Shown in pieces: positions 1-17,500 of a DNA stretch of 64,000 nt. How positions within the stretch are numbered: the stretch's first letter is position 1; each line of letters begins with the position of its first letter. Made by a program: the position numbers and the translations under genes. The DNA comes from Takakia lepidozioides (Eukaryota > Plantae > Bryophyta), in contig CM060733.1 of the NCBI GenBank assembly GCA_030704615.1, positions 8,804,001 through 8,868,000 on the forward strand. Reading direction: 5' to 3'. The notes under the pieces are model-generated. The model did not search any database. It was given only the letters and a program-made list of their open reading frames with translations, and had not been told where the DNA came from.

Positions 1-684
1 AACCTATCAACTGCCAACAAACCAGTGATAACAGGTGATGTAAGATCCCTATCCGAGTAACAAAATCAATAATTTCTGTTCTCTCAAGGCTGGCAAAGAG
101 CATCTGTAAGCCTTGGAATAGCATGCACGCTAGACAGATCGCACGATGCAGTGGGCCAGTGTCCCCATGATGGGGTTGGACATAAGCAGTCCACTACCAT
201 AGTTAGGAGAGGATAACCATTTACCCTCCAACCAGCACTAGGCGGAAGAGAGGGGACTGAGGATGAATTTCAGTCCACGATGCAGGACCCCAATTACATG
301 CTCAATCCATCACCTTCGCCTGCCCTTTGACACCCAGATAAACTAATGCTGCCAATCGGACTGGGTCATTTTTTAGTGTCACGGAGTGTAGAGTCAGCCA
401 ATAAGGCCATAAAAGACATGGGAGCCATCTCCACCATCAAATTTTTCCTACTTCCAGCTTTGCCACTGTGCTAGGGGCACATGCTCCGTAGCACCCCTCC
501 ACAAAGCTCCTCATTCAAATGCACTTGAGAACCGCCATGAGGACATGATGGATATATGTTCTAAAAAATTTGCTATATGTGGCAGCCAGCTGATGTCACT
601 GATGATAACTTTCAAAGTTAAAAGCTACCAAGCCTGGGGTAGAAAAGACTCTTAATCCCCAGCTTTACTGATCAAACAGCTTCA

Positions 685-4050
<3,366 letters not shown>

Positions 4051-5928
4051 AGCTTCAGCCCCCTGGATGCTTCCTTCCACCAAAATGCCCTGCCCTGGGC
4101 TGAGCTGGCCCCGTCCGCCTTCTTCTCTCCCTCTTCTCCTCTTCTCCTCTTCTCCACCGGCCCCCGGTCAACTTTGCCCAGCCCCCTGCCTCGTCAGTCA
4201 CCGGCTACCGCTTCTTGCCGGTAAAGTAAACCTATCGTGAAAATAAATCCAATATTAGTTAAATAAGTCTTACCTACTCGACCTTCCGACCGGAACCACC
4301 ACGTGCGCGCAGCGACCGGCCGTCGCCTGTGATGACGACCCGGAATATCCCGTCACCTTAGAGCCGTTTGTTGTTGTCTCGGCAAGTAGCGGATTTCCAT
4401 TAACAATCGAAAAATCCCATATTCCACTCATTTTCACATTCGGATGCAGTCTGTCATCCATTCGTAGTGTCTTCGCACGTGCAGGGGTCCAAGTGTTCGG
4501 GAACCTTGCTGGCCCCGGGTCAATGGCTGACTTAAATATTGCAGGGCGCCGCCCTGACCCTAGCGTCTTGGATGAATAACTGATGACGATCGATGAATGA
4601 CTGACCCTGTACGCGGTCAGAGTAAGAAAGACAGGCTGACCTGAGTTGATGAAGTTTTGGCACCGTTGTCGATGAACGTTGGACATGGGCTGACCTGATG
4701 AGGACAGGTGCTGACTATTTGAATGAATAGTGCCATCCTGGTTGACCTGATGATGACTGATGCGACTATGTATTGCTTCCCCGATTGGATGAACGTGGAG
4801 GTCACAGGCTGACCAGACTTCGTCCAAAATATTCTCACTTGCATTAGACTTGCCTTCGTCCACTCTTCAGAAAGCACTACACTAGTTTATATATACATAT
4901 ATATAAATGAAAAAGTAAATAAAACAATAAAAAAATGAACGGAGTCCAAATTCCAAACAGACAGCAATATTCAAAAGAATCCCTCTTGAATGAAACTGCT
5001 CTACATATTGTTGTAGAATAGGAGCTACATTATCCAGACTCTACAATATGCATGAAAAATCACAGCCCTAAATGGAAAGTATACTCATCATATAGTTGGT
5101 CCCTCTCAGACCTTTCAAAAAAAAGAAAAAGAAAAGTAGTTGACAAAGTAGTTAGGTTGTGACTTGTGCCCCCTGATAGTAGAGTTGAGGTTATGGAGCT
5201 TGCCTGGTCTTTCCGTTCATTTTGGAGAAATTGCCCGTAAAACAGTACCTTCATTCTTTCTTTATCTGTTCTTTCCACTCCTCCTTTTCCTGCCCTCTTT
5301 ACTATAGCTGTCCTCACACAAGTCTTCCATTATGAGGATTAGAGATTTCAATGAGAGCAAATAGGATAGGAGGAAATACAAGTCATCGTCTTCATTGGGG
5401 AGAGAATGTCAGCCTCCTAGCTGGTACATACTCAAGCATGCATAAAACTATTCATCCAAGGATTTACTTCATTTATAGATATGGATGAAATATTCCCATT
5501 ACACCTGTCTTAATCTAATTCGGATCTTAATCGCAAGTATTGGTGCTAATCATCAAAACCCTTTGCGTAGTCTTGCCTTAGAAAGGCAGGGCCAATATAA
5601 AAAGCCATCCATAACCGAAAACAAGTGCAAGAAGCGACAAGTGCAAGAAGCTTCGTCACCCAAAATTCTTGTTCTTGTTCTTGTTCTTGTGTGAACCTGG
5701 AAGTGTTGATTACTGAGAGCACATACCACAGCTTCACCCACCTGTGCACTGTTGCTTAAGACCGAGCAACCATGTTAACAAAACCACTATGGACTCCATG
5801 CATCCAATCCTCAAGAATTGTTCATGAGCTGCCAACAGCACAATCAACTCCATGTTATTCCATAGTGGTCGAAGAGACATTTTCATTGTGATCTATGACT
5901 GTCTACATTGGCAATGACCCACCCTCCC

Positions 5929-8900
5929 TTAGTCCTTCAATGAATACTTCTTGCCAGTGAAGGCTTGGAACTTTAGACCCTCCTCTTTTGGCTCATCTTT
6001 CGTCTCCTCTTTTTTGACCTCTTCTTTCTTTGGAGCTGGAGCCTGGCCACAACCAATGACCAATTTGATATCAGATGACCTCAACTTCCAATGGAGTCAA
6101 TGGAAAAGTACTGCAAAAATCAGTATAATAAGTCCAAAGGGTGGGGGTATGGTGGAAGGCCAAGTTTTCATGTATGGCCCAAAGCTGTCATCAACCCAAG
6201 CCCTCTGAGGGTGAGGAGCCCGTACGAGCCAATTGAAAATATCCCTTTGAAATTAATCAACCTCATGGAGAGAAGAGAAGAGAGGTAAAGCCAGCCCACC
6301 TTGGCGGTAGCCCCATTGCTGCCGCCAGCACCAAACACAAGCTTTCCTGCAGGCCTTTGTGGTGTTGCTTTTGGTGGTGTCACTGAGGAGCCAGCTCTGC
6401 TGGCACTAGCGGTCGCTGGCAAGGGTGATGTCGTCGTCTCACCAGCAACTGTACCAGAGCTAGGTCTCGCAGGCTTACCATCTAGCCGCCTCCCAGTTCC
6501 CGTGAAGGCGTTGAACTTTGGCTCTTCAACTTCAGGCACAGCTGTGAGTGATTAAACAGACAGATACATGCAGCTATGATAAGAACTACATTCGCTAACA
6601 CCAAGAACTTCTAGTGCCTCAATCTACCAAAGTGAAGACCATGCTAGCTACAAGGTGGACTCTATAGCATAACCTTCACTTAATTTAATGGTAACCCATG
6701 ATCACCTATGACTAGGCCACAATGCCCTAAGCCCTGAACTGACTGACCTTGCGACGAGGATGCAGTTGCAACAGGGGCAGCCAGTGGCGTGGGTTCAGGC
6801 TCTTTATAGTCAAGAGGAGGGGCAAAGTCCACCTCACAATCCGTCTCAATAATGGAGATGGCCTGAGCAGGCTTCGATTCAATTATGTCAATGTAGTACT
6901 TTTTGTTGTTGTATGCCACCATGATGTTGTCACCCACTGTTAGACAAGAAAAATTCCGCAAAGTTGTCTCCAACCTGCAAACCACCCACCAGTACCCACA
7001 CACAGCCCATTTGTGAGAAAACTTGCAAAACATTTCCAACCTATCTCTGTGCCCTACATAAATCTATTCCATTAGCAGTCACTACTGACCCCAGGACACC
7101 GCAGTGGCTGGTCTGAGATATTGCTGGATTGTGCACCTCAAATAACATGAGGTGATCAATCCATAATGATGCAAGCACACCCCAATTTTCACCTCCTCTC
7201 CTAATCAGCAATCCTACTCCACAAAGCTAAAGAGAGAGTCCCACTGAAAACATTGAAGTCATTTGTGCTATCTCTCTCTGTCCTCCCTCTCCCTGTCCTC
7301 TAGGAAGCCTATTGCCATTGGGTGGACTTGATACGGGAGTACATTAATGTCTCTGTGACTAAATGCCGGCCTTGTGACCTCGTGTCTTTGTTTGTTTCGA
7401 CCTGAAGCGCTTTGCTCCAGGTAAGGTAGTGCATTGGATTTAGTTGGAAAGCTTGGGGCCTTTCCCTCTTTAGAATATGCCTACACGGGCCATTCCCTGC
7501 AACTCCCTGGAGTGTGATCTCTGAATGGTAACAAGCGGACCCCTACTGCTTGGGGGCAGCCCCTCCGCCCAAATTGGGCAGTCGTATGCTCTGTCTAGCA
7601 TACTCGGCACTTGGGCTAGGGTTGGTCCTTGTGCTTAAACTTATGGCCTACGAAAACAATCATTACATTTCCTACTGTCAACAGCAACACTCCCCAGGGT
7701 GATTCCTGGGAATTGGTTACTTATGCCAAATCTAGGGCTTCATGTGTAGTTTTTGGGGTGAATCCCAGGATGGTCGATGTGTCCTTTAAAACTACATGCT
7801 CTAGCTTAGGCTTGGATTTCATGGCCAATGGCTCCATCTTGAGACTTGATAACAGGGGTACTTTGAAGGTTGCAATGCCCAAAAATGCTTCTAATAGAGT
7901 CTCACATCAACTCAATCTCAAAGAAGTTCGTCCCTTGACTGGCTGGAGGGCGGTTTTAGACATTGGTGATTCAATGAGGCGCTCTAGGAAGACCACCAAG
8001 GGCAGGGACTTCAACTTGAGAGTTTCTAATCGGTTTGATGCTCTGGACGAGGTTGAATCCAAGCAGCCTGACGGACAATCTGCCCATAAGTGTACGGAAT
8101 CTGAACGTCGTGTATCTGAAGGATTTGGTACTCTGAACGGTTTACCAATCCTCAAAGTTTACACAAGACGTGCAAAATCTATACATGGGGTAATTGTCAC
8201 TAAGCAGTCAGACAGACAACTTGTCCCTAAGTGTGCGGAGTCTGAACGTCGTGTAACTGAAGGATTTGGTACTCTGAATGGTTTACCAATTCTTAAAGTT
8301 TACACAAGACGAGCAAAATCTACACATGGGGTAACTGTCCCCCCTTTGCAGAACGGTTGGCCGTCCAGGAGCAATCTTAAGCTGCCTAGACGACAAACAA
8401 TTCACATGCAAAGGGCTGGCTTGCGGATGGCCACTTTCAACTTCTCAGGGCTGACTAACCAAAGGAAACAACTCGAAGTGGGACAAGTTCTTCGGACTAA
8501 TGATATTCCTATCTGTGCTGGGCAAGAAACTTGGGAAACGTCGGATAAACTGGTTGGAGATGTCATTGGTTATAACTGGGCAGGCAAGATGTGTACTCTC
8601 AAGGCAGCCTCTGCCAAACGCGGTCAAAAAGGGGTTGGATTCTTTGTCCGTGATTTCTTGTTTGACAATTGTGAAATTATCAACAAGGGTTTGAGGTACG
8701 AGCATAGTATCTGGCTAAAGCTGAAACTGAAGGGCAGCATGAGTACGAAGGACCTCTTTGTGGGTTGTGTTTACATGCCCACAGAGGGGACCCTTAGTGC
8801 TGACGCAGACAAAGCCTTTGAAGCTGTAAAGCTAGACTGTGCTTCGTTCCTTGCCAAAAGTCAAGTGATTTTATTGGGTGACTTCAATGCCCGGGTGGGT

Positions 8901-11900
8901 AAAGGTCTCCATCAGGATGATATCATTGGGCCTTTTGGTGAGGACGAGCTGAACTCTAATGGCAGACGGTTAATTAACTGTCTGGAAGAGCTTCAGCTTC
9001 TGGCCATTCGTGAGAAAGCCCAAACTGGGGAACGTTCCATTGTGGATTATATCATAATGGACAAAAATTTGTTTCCCCAGAGTGCCAATGTGTTGATCGA
9101 CAGAACTGATATTGGTACCTCTGACCACTTCCTGGTTTGGACTGAGATCAAAAGGTGTTTTCCCAACACCAAGAGATCTGTGAAACGTTCGATTCGGAAG
9201 TGGCGCATAGAAAAATTCCATAATGAAGAGGTCAAGGCTGAGTACGTCCAGGCCTTGCAAGAGGCTCTTCCTCATTTGTCCATTCGCTCCAAGACCTTCA
9301 GTCTTGCGCAGACAATGCAAGAAATGAAGTCAAAAGAGCAGTGGATTCTTCGGAGAGTTTCATCTCCTCTGCGGCTGACAAGATCATTGGGAGGAAACTA
9401 ATTGTCTGCAGTAGAGCTGTTAATTGGTGGTCCAATGAGATTAAACTCAAGATAGCTGAGAGACGAGTCCTTTATAAAGAGTGCTGCAATTTGAACACCA
9501 ACAAAGAATTGTGGGCGAGGTACTACCAGATCCGTAAAGATATCAATCTGCTTGTAAGGGCTCAGAAGAAATTATACTGGGACAAGTTATACAGTGAAAT
9601 AACCTCAAACCACAATGGTGGTAATGACAAGAGATTCTGGTTGGCACTTCAACGCTTGTACAAGCAGAAAAGCTGTCAGCAAGTACAAGCGCTGAAGACT
9701 ACTAAGGGTGCAGTGGTAACTTCATCGGTTGACATTGTCAAAACCTTTGAAACCCACTACAGTACCCTTGGCAGAACTTCTAGGTCTAACAGTGAGGGGT
9801 ACTCTGATGAATGGAAGGACACAGTTGGTAAAACTGTTCCTATGATTCAAAACAGCCCTGATGTCCCTTTCGTTTCCGCTCAAACTGGGCACGGGTCAAT
9901 GGCCACAAGGCTACGGCAAACAACGTCTTATGAGTACATTCTCTCTGTCCTCCAGTGGCTATATGGGACTGGTATGGTGGTTACTGAGGGGAGGGTTGGT
10001 ATCCTGCAAGGACTATATTCTCTTGGGTATATTACAGCAAATATGCACGGGAAACTGTCAGGGAGTTCTCCCTTGCCCCATTGCCTACGGAAGTCTACAG
10101 CAAGCATCACCACAGAAGTTGTCTTAGACGAAAGAAAGAAAAAGAGGGAGGGGTGAAGGAGAGGTGCACTCTAGAACATGATGTCCCTGCTATAGCCACG
10201 GAAGAGAGAACTGACAAGACAAGTCCCGGTCAAATGTTTGCTATCACTTACCTTAATGACACATCAACCCTAGAGAACCTGGCAATAGAGTTTCTACCCA
10301 CCAGGGCATGCAGACTGACGGCTCTTTCCATGTGAATGGGTCAGCCCAATTCATACTAGGGAAAAGCGGGTCTGGTGACTTGGAAACCTGCTCGCCATGT
10401 GCCCATGACCTGTTCACAGGTTGTCCAGCCAAACCTCCCGCAGAAGACAGAGAGTTGGCTGTTCATGGGTCGGTTTCACTGGCTGAACCGACACGTGCCA
10501 GAGCTTGCACGTGTGAACCGGCTGCACCTCTTAACTAATGGCTGACAGGCTTGGACTGCCGGTACAGCCCGCCAAGCAAGCTCCCCGGCTGAGTGAGTAA
10601 CCTGCTGCATGGAAAGGTGATCACGTCTTCAACCTACTCTGGACCTTGGCTGACGCCAGCATGGGCTGACATAGGCACAGGTTCCAGGTTTACATGAGAG
10701 GATGCCCTAAGCCCCAAAATTGCCCATGGCACTTGCACACAGCAGATGATAACCAATTACAGCGGATTTTAGTTTGACATAAGGGCTGGTAGTGACACCA
10801 TGCAATGATTCCAAGACTAGCCTACTACTTTCCACAGATGTGACACAAGTGGCTGTGCACTGCCAGTTGCAATTGCAGCCAGAGAGAGTGCTCGTCGTTT
10901 GCCATAGCCATGGACCCCCAGAAGAGAGAGGGACAGAAGGGAGAGACGGGCAGATGGTGTACACCCGCCGAAAGAAAATCCTACCCAATAAAAGGAAACA
11001 CTAACAGAGTGAGGTTATTGCACACCTACACAGCCTTTGGATTGGAAATATCCAGAAAATCTTTTGTGTGCGGTTGCAGCTTCACAAAAGTGCCCTTTGG
11101 GAGGGTGGCACTCTTCACTCGAACAATGTCCCCCTCTTGCAGCAGTAAGTTCTGCATCATCTGTGCACAAGTTCAAACCATGCAGAGTAAAAGTTACCGA
11201 GTAATACACAAGAGACAAATTACATGCAATTGTTCATCACAGCTCTGTACTTTGCTCTCTCTCCCCCTCTACTGTTGGTTCTACTGTTTGCTCTCTGCAG
11301 TTCTACTTGTCTTAGGCCCTTTGGGCTTTTACACACATAAGACGTTCTTCTTCTCTTCCTGTTTTCTTTCAAATCACAACAAGGCCTGTTTGACAGTCTG
11401 CACAACCCAACCACACACTCCAAACAGCTAACCCCTCTCCATCAATCTCTTCACCTCCACCCATCCCTATCTTTGTCTCTCTATCAGACTTTGCGACAGA
11501 TCATTCGAATATGTTGCTTGCCTGAAACTGTCACTCCATGACATCAAAGCCAACTTCGGTGGGAACAAGGATCACATACCCAGTAAGGCATATAGATCAT
11601 GCCTTCTTCAGCAACAAACTCAAGGACACCGCAGTGGCTGGTCCGGGATGTTGCTGGATTGTGCACCTCAAACAACATGGGGTAATCAATCCGTAATGAT
11701 GCTGCATCACAACCACACCCCAATTTTCAAATCCTGTCCTAATCAGCAATTCTACTCCTACAAAGTTAAAGAAAGAGTCCCAGTGAAAACATTAAGTCAT
11801 TCGAGCTCTCCCTCTATGTTCTCCAGTGGCTATATGGGGCAGGTGAGGTGGCTACTGAGGGGAGGGTTGGTGTACTGCAAGGACTATACTCTCTGGGGTA

Positions 11901-13356
11901 TATAGTAGCAAATGTGCGCGTGAAACTGTTAGGGAGTACATTGTTCTCTCCCTTGGCCCATTTTCTTTCATTCAAACTGGTCCGCAGTCTATGGCCGAAG
12001 GCTCTTGCAAGCAAAGTTCACTAAATACTGTCTCCCTCTCTCCCTTAATCTCTCTCCGGAACAAATAAGTTTGAAATCCTCCAACAGAACGTGAGTTGGG
12101 GGGCTGACTTGGGGGAACTTAATTACTGCTAACAACTTGCAATAGCAGAAAGGCCACCCGAAAAAGCATGAACAAAGCACACACCTTGACTGTGCACAGA
12201 AGAAGAGAATTACTAATCAAACTCTCATGGGATTGTGGCACCATAAAATTTAAGTAACAATGCCCAAACCCCCATATTAGGATAAGGCTCCGTAAATTAC
12301 CCAAACGATCAAGAGCTGAAGGAGGCATGACCACTGGAACATCCTCCACCATTGAACACCACAGTGAACACAATCCAACACAATAGTCAGTCCACTTAGG
12401 TCTTTGAATCTGCAAAGGTGTCAGGCCACCATGCCGGTGCTGGGTAGGTATATCATGATTTCTAGTGTCATCTCTGTGCCATCCCTCAAATTAACACTAA
12501 TTTCGCTACAACATCGGCTGTCCCACAGTGCTAAGGTAGTATCAGCTGACTTCGATACCCTGGAAGATTACACGACCAACTCCAGAAGGTTTAGTCCCCA
12601 CTGGGTCAAGACACAACCCCACAAGGCTACGACATAGCCAATATTCAAAGGAAACGGTCAACAAGAGATCTTTCTCCTTCTTCTCGTATATTCTTAAGGG
12701 ACTAATGTTTTTGACACCAAATCAAGCCAACGGTCCTACACAACTCCCTCCTCATGTCAAGTCCTTAAACGAAACATTCTTCCAATCGTTTGCGTTTCCA
12801 CGCCCCTCATGCTAACACTCTCAAAACATCATTGGACAGAGTGGCCGCATGTCTGTTACCTTTGTCTCCATTTTCGAGATGCGCCTGCCCACCAACAAGT
12901 CCCAACACACGAGCACAACCCCTCAATCGAACTCCTCACAGAATTTGAAAGAGAAAATGACGATGTCGTGAGAGAAACGATGGAAACTGTGGTAACTATA
13001 AATCTAGGGTTAACAGATTACCTTGTCTATAAAGGAAGCTGAATAACAGCGGTAATTTTGCTCAAACGGTGCACTGGGGTAGGGCATGCCATACCCTCCA
13101 TAAAACTGCACAAACACACACACACACACACAGTTCATGCCCACCGTAACCCCCACAACCCAACCGATCTTCCCAACGCCACCCTCTTCACCAGAATTGA
13201 GATCCTTACCAAAGCTCAGGGGGGAGATCATACCGTGCTTAGATTCCTCCCAATTCGCTAATCCAAATCCGTCCATTCCTCCTCACCCTGCCTTGAAATC
13301 AGGACAGAAGGCCCCAATGGAAGTTCCACAAAGAGAAGAGGCAGAGGTCATACCAT
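5929..13356 (-). CDS. UFD1: Ubiquitin fusion degradation protein UFD1; exons ~13354-13356 (ATG only), 13022-13105, 12860-12884, ~12301-12333, 11580-11701, 11030-11160, 6748-6974, 6300-6541, 5929-6042
   Basis: [80 protein letters not shown]-terminal [13 protein letters not shown]; canonical splice sites. Confidence 0.93.
7091..7286 (-). pseudogene. Degenerate duplicated copy of a UFD1 exon plus adjacent intron (copy of ~11621-11825); continues at 9940-10082
   Basis: 7091-7263 aligns with 11621-11792 and 9945-10082 aligns with ~11815-11962; the acceptor CAG is lost in the copy. Confidence 0.85.
7287..9939 (+). mobile_element. Internally deleted LINE (APE endonuclease present, RT missing) in a UFD1 intron, 14-bp TSD
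   Basis: ORF 7629-9401 has APE motifs ([36 protein letters not shown]); a frameshifted linker (WWSNEIK) jumps straight to the 3' tail; TSD tctctctgtcctcc at 7273-7286 and 9940-9953. Confidence 0.88.
8061..8342 (+). repeat. Two-copy 141-bp (47-aa) in-frame tandem repeat in the LINE ORF
   Basis: KC(T/A)ESERRV(S/T)[21 protein letters not shown](I/T)HGV occurs twice. Confidence 0.9.
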
Positions 13357-14551
13357 GATTGCTTATCGGCTCTCTTCGATGACCCAACTCCTCTGTTGCG
13401 CCCTCCAAACGATCTGATCACCGCGCAAATCACAACTGCGGATGGGATTCGCACTGCTAAGGAAATAGGGAGACACACATTGTTGCCCGAGGAAATATCC
13501 AGAAGCTCTACACGCATACTTGAAAGAATACCATACGATACATGGTCAGGTATGAATACGCATGCCATACAGATACATAGGTAGGTAGATACCTAGTACC
13601 TATGAATCTTGTTTTTCTTTACTTCAATTCTAGTTTTTGAAGTCCTTATTTCTCCTAGGAAACCTACTACAGTGCTCCCTTATGTTTCCTTCAGTTTTTG
13701 CAGATCTGAGTTGCAGACTTGGAATGGACAAAGAGGAATTCAGTGGACTTCGAAATGACACATCACCATTGGAATGTAGAGAAAACAGAAATAGAACTGT
13801 ACATGACAAACCGGACCCAGAAAGGTACACAATGGAGCACTTTATTCATACAGTGCGAAGAACTACAAGATCTGTATGTAGAGTCTGAGGGCAGCTGACA
13901 GTGCTGGATTTGGGCCCAAAGATCAATATAAAGAATTTCCATGCCAACCACAGAGAGTCCATCTGTTGAGTGTTGGGAAGAAGAGTCTGGGAATGATCCC
14001 CATTTCCACTTGTATACGGGGAAACTTGGCAACCCCACCGATAGTGAGAACTCTGTCCTCACCCTTGCCATAGATATATGAACTGTAATCTCAGCTGCAA
14101 GGGAGGAACTCACAATGGGTGACAGGACCAGCTTTAATTTGTGTAACTGATTCCGATACTACTGAACAGAGGTTACTAGCAGGCAGCTGTTGAAGACCTG
14201 TAGAAATCCGTGGGATCAACTTGAGGGAAAACTGGATGGATAGCTGGAGTCTTTGATGTCCATATAAGGAACTTGATTTCCACAGGGCGAAACGACTAAC
14301 TACATGACAGTGCCGTGCGCCGATGATTCTGACTATCAGCCAGAACCGAAAGGAATCAACTTCCAAATGAACGACTTTCCGCGAGCACAGTTGACATCGC
14401 AAGAGCAGTGAAGTGCCCAAAGAGTTGACAGTGAGCTGTTTCAAGCCTACTCCTGCTCACAGTGAAGTGTCAACCAAGGTCTCGTAAGGTGTCATTAAGT
14501 TCACAACTGAACTAAAGGAAGGCACTGAATCCACCAGGGATTGTGAACTCC

Positions 14552-17500
14552 CTAGTTGGGCGTATCATCATCTGTCCCATCCTCATGCTCCGGTCCAGCA
14601 CCCTCTTTAGACCCTATCCCCTGAGACTCCTCTTCCCCATTTGCACGCCCATGCCTTGACCTTTTTCTCCTCAACCCCTTCCAATTTGCCCCCGTGTTTT
14701 CTGGTCTCAAAACTACTCTTAATCGACTAGCACCCTCCTTGGAGACTACTGCAGCATGTCCACTATCTACGGAAGTATCCCCAAGGGGGGTCTGTTTAGT
14801 TGATTTTCCTTTCTTCGTGGGGATACATTGCTCTTTCTTACTTTCAGGCTCAGCCCCACCTTCACTACACTCATCGTGAGGATCCGGGCACTTGATTTCA
14901 GCAGCAACAGGCCTCTTTTTCCCACCAGATGGAGTGTCTTTCCCATCCATGTCTGTGTCAGATATAAGCTGGGCCTCCTCGTCTGCAACTGAACTTTTTA
15001 GATTGAGTTCACCATTTGAGTTAGATTGAAATCCCTCCTCCCCATTTGTGTCAATTATCACTGATTGTTGCTGCTCTTTCCTCTTACTTCTTTTGAACAG
15101 TTTCACTTTCACAGCTTCTAAAACATCCTCTCCATCCTCAACTGCTTTCATCCATTGTGAATCACTCAAAACATCTGTGTACAAAACCTCTTTCCGGGAC
15201 CGCTTTCCAGTGACCTGCATACAATCAAGGGGAATTAGAGTTTGAATGTATATGAGGCGGACTTAACGCAGCTGATACCATGAGTAATGGTTCAAACACT
15301 GTCTCTAACCAAACTCTAAAGGACAGAGCGTCTCAATGTCCAGAGCATATCCCAAGGTCAAGTCGGTCAACAGTTGTGCTGGCTTCCAACTTACATTACA
15401 GAACAAATTTCTCCTAACGGCATAGACCCAAACTTCGCATAGCTACTGACACGGGCCACACTTTTCTCATCCTCCACCAGACCAGAGAGAAAAGGACTAA
15501 CCTGACTGCCATCTGGATTGGACTCAGAGCCATCGCCCTCAGTACCCCTCCCTTTGGAGGTATCATTCAGAAACACCCAGTCTGGGACCTCGTGTTCTTC
15601 TAGCAGCCGTGAGCGGTAACCCTCCTCTTTCCGCCGATGTTCATCCATCTCTTCAAAGATCCCAAACTCATGGTCCCCACGTGCAGACAACCGATTGATT
15701 TCCCGTTCACTGGGAACATCCGTTCCCAGAGCATCTGTCCCTCGCTTCATTATTTCTTCAAGCATTTCTCTCCTCTCTTGAGCTGCAAGCAAAAAGCAGT
15801 CAAAACTTTTTGGAGGGAGCCTAACACAGAATTTTGACAGGGGAAGAGAACGACCAAAAAGATGTCAATTAGTACATCTGCTAGGAGCCAAAACAGCCCA
15901 AGGGACACAAGTAGATCCACACACTAGAATCAAAGAAAGCAAAGTACAACAACTCAAAACTCAAGTGCAAGACAAAGAGGAAGAAAAACTTGTTATGTCA
16001 CTAGGACGGCCTACGGGACCAAAAGAAACTTACCAATGCCATTGCCAAATCAAAACAATGCTTGAAAGCTCCCATGAAGTTTTCTGGGAGAGAGGAGGAA
16101 CAAGGGGGGGGGATGGGTGGATAACAGTATGACTCTAATAAATTACCCTAGAACCACGTACCCGTGGAAGTAGTGTTGAACAGGCCAGCCTGTATTACTT
16201 TGGCATCAATACCCATCTTAGACTTGGCCCGGTCAAGAATCTCCTCCTCGATGGAGCCTACGCTCACCAATACAAAGACACGCACCTCCTTTTTCTGCCC
16301 GATCCGATGTGCACGGTCCTCTGCCTGCTGATCCATCTGAGGGTTCCAATCACTGTCAAACAGTATCACTGTGTCGGCTGTTTGAAGGTTGAGCCCCAAC
16401 CCGCCTGCTCGTGTGGACAACAGGAACATGAAATAAGGGGAGTCTGGCGCATTGAACTGCTGGAGGAGCATTCCCCTTTCCTCTGTCTTTGTTGTCCCGT
16501 CCAAGCGCAAATACTTGAAACCGGACCACTCTAAATAATCCTCTAAAATGTCCATCAGACGTGTCATTTGAGAAAAGAGCAGGACACGGTGCCCTGTTTT
16601 TTGCAACTTCGGTAACAAACGGTCCAGAAGTTCAAATTTTCCTGAAGAGCGAATAATTTCATCACTCTGGCGTGGATCATAATCACGTCCCTCGAGAAAA
16701 AGGTAGGGGTGATTGCAGCACTTTCGCAGCTGCATTGCTGTGTTCAACAGACCCCTTGACTTTCCTGTTCCTGCATTTCACAACATGCACTTATATCTGA
16801 ATATACGGGTGTCCCTCTTTTGTGTTCTCTGACAATCTGCAGCTCAATAATCCACAGCATCAAAGCTACAGCAAACAAAGTCACACAATCTTCGATAGAT
16901 CGTTCTGCTATGTCAGAACAAACCACCTAAATTCCATCACGACAAAACTGCAAATTTCTACTTCTCGACAACTACTCGGTTATAGAGCTGAGTTGACCAT
17001 AATTTTGAATTGATCAAGTCAGGTAGATGAGGTGTTCTATGCCACAAAGAGGTAGGAGTATACCAGAATCTAAGCCAACACGGCCAGAATCGACGATCTG
17101 ACGATAATACAAGCGTTGCCAGGCAGAGAGATCACATTTAAGAATGACTTGTGTCTTTCCAGGCAGAAACTTTTCCACTTCAGCTTTCTTCCTCCGCAGC
17201 AAAAAGGGACGAATGACCTGCCTCCATAAAACCAACCCCCCCCCGCAAACAATTATGGCATTTTCGCCCTGAAAGGAGATGGACACTCAGTTGACCTTTC
17301 CTGAGAGGAAGTCAGAAATGATAGAGCGACTCTTAGATGAGTTACAAAAACCCAGCCTGGCGAAGCCATCTGGGCCTCAATACATAGGAACCCAGTCTCC
17401 TCATTTGCAATGCCCTGCACACATGATACATGATGGGGCAGAGTGTATAGGCTGCCCAGGCTGACTCTGATAGACCAACCTGGTGGAGACGGCGAATAAC

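Noticed and set aside
4270-4863. 197-aa ORF and CTGATGA motifs (possible hammerhead ribozyme) upstream of the MAPK
   Set aside because: No recognisable domain, and I could not find the GAAA core with matching stems.
10320-10700. Possible MITE (scattered short inverted repeats) in a UFD1 intron
   Set aside because: No clear TIR pair or TSD.
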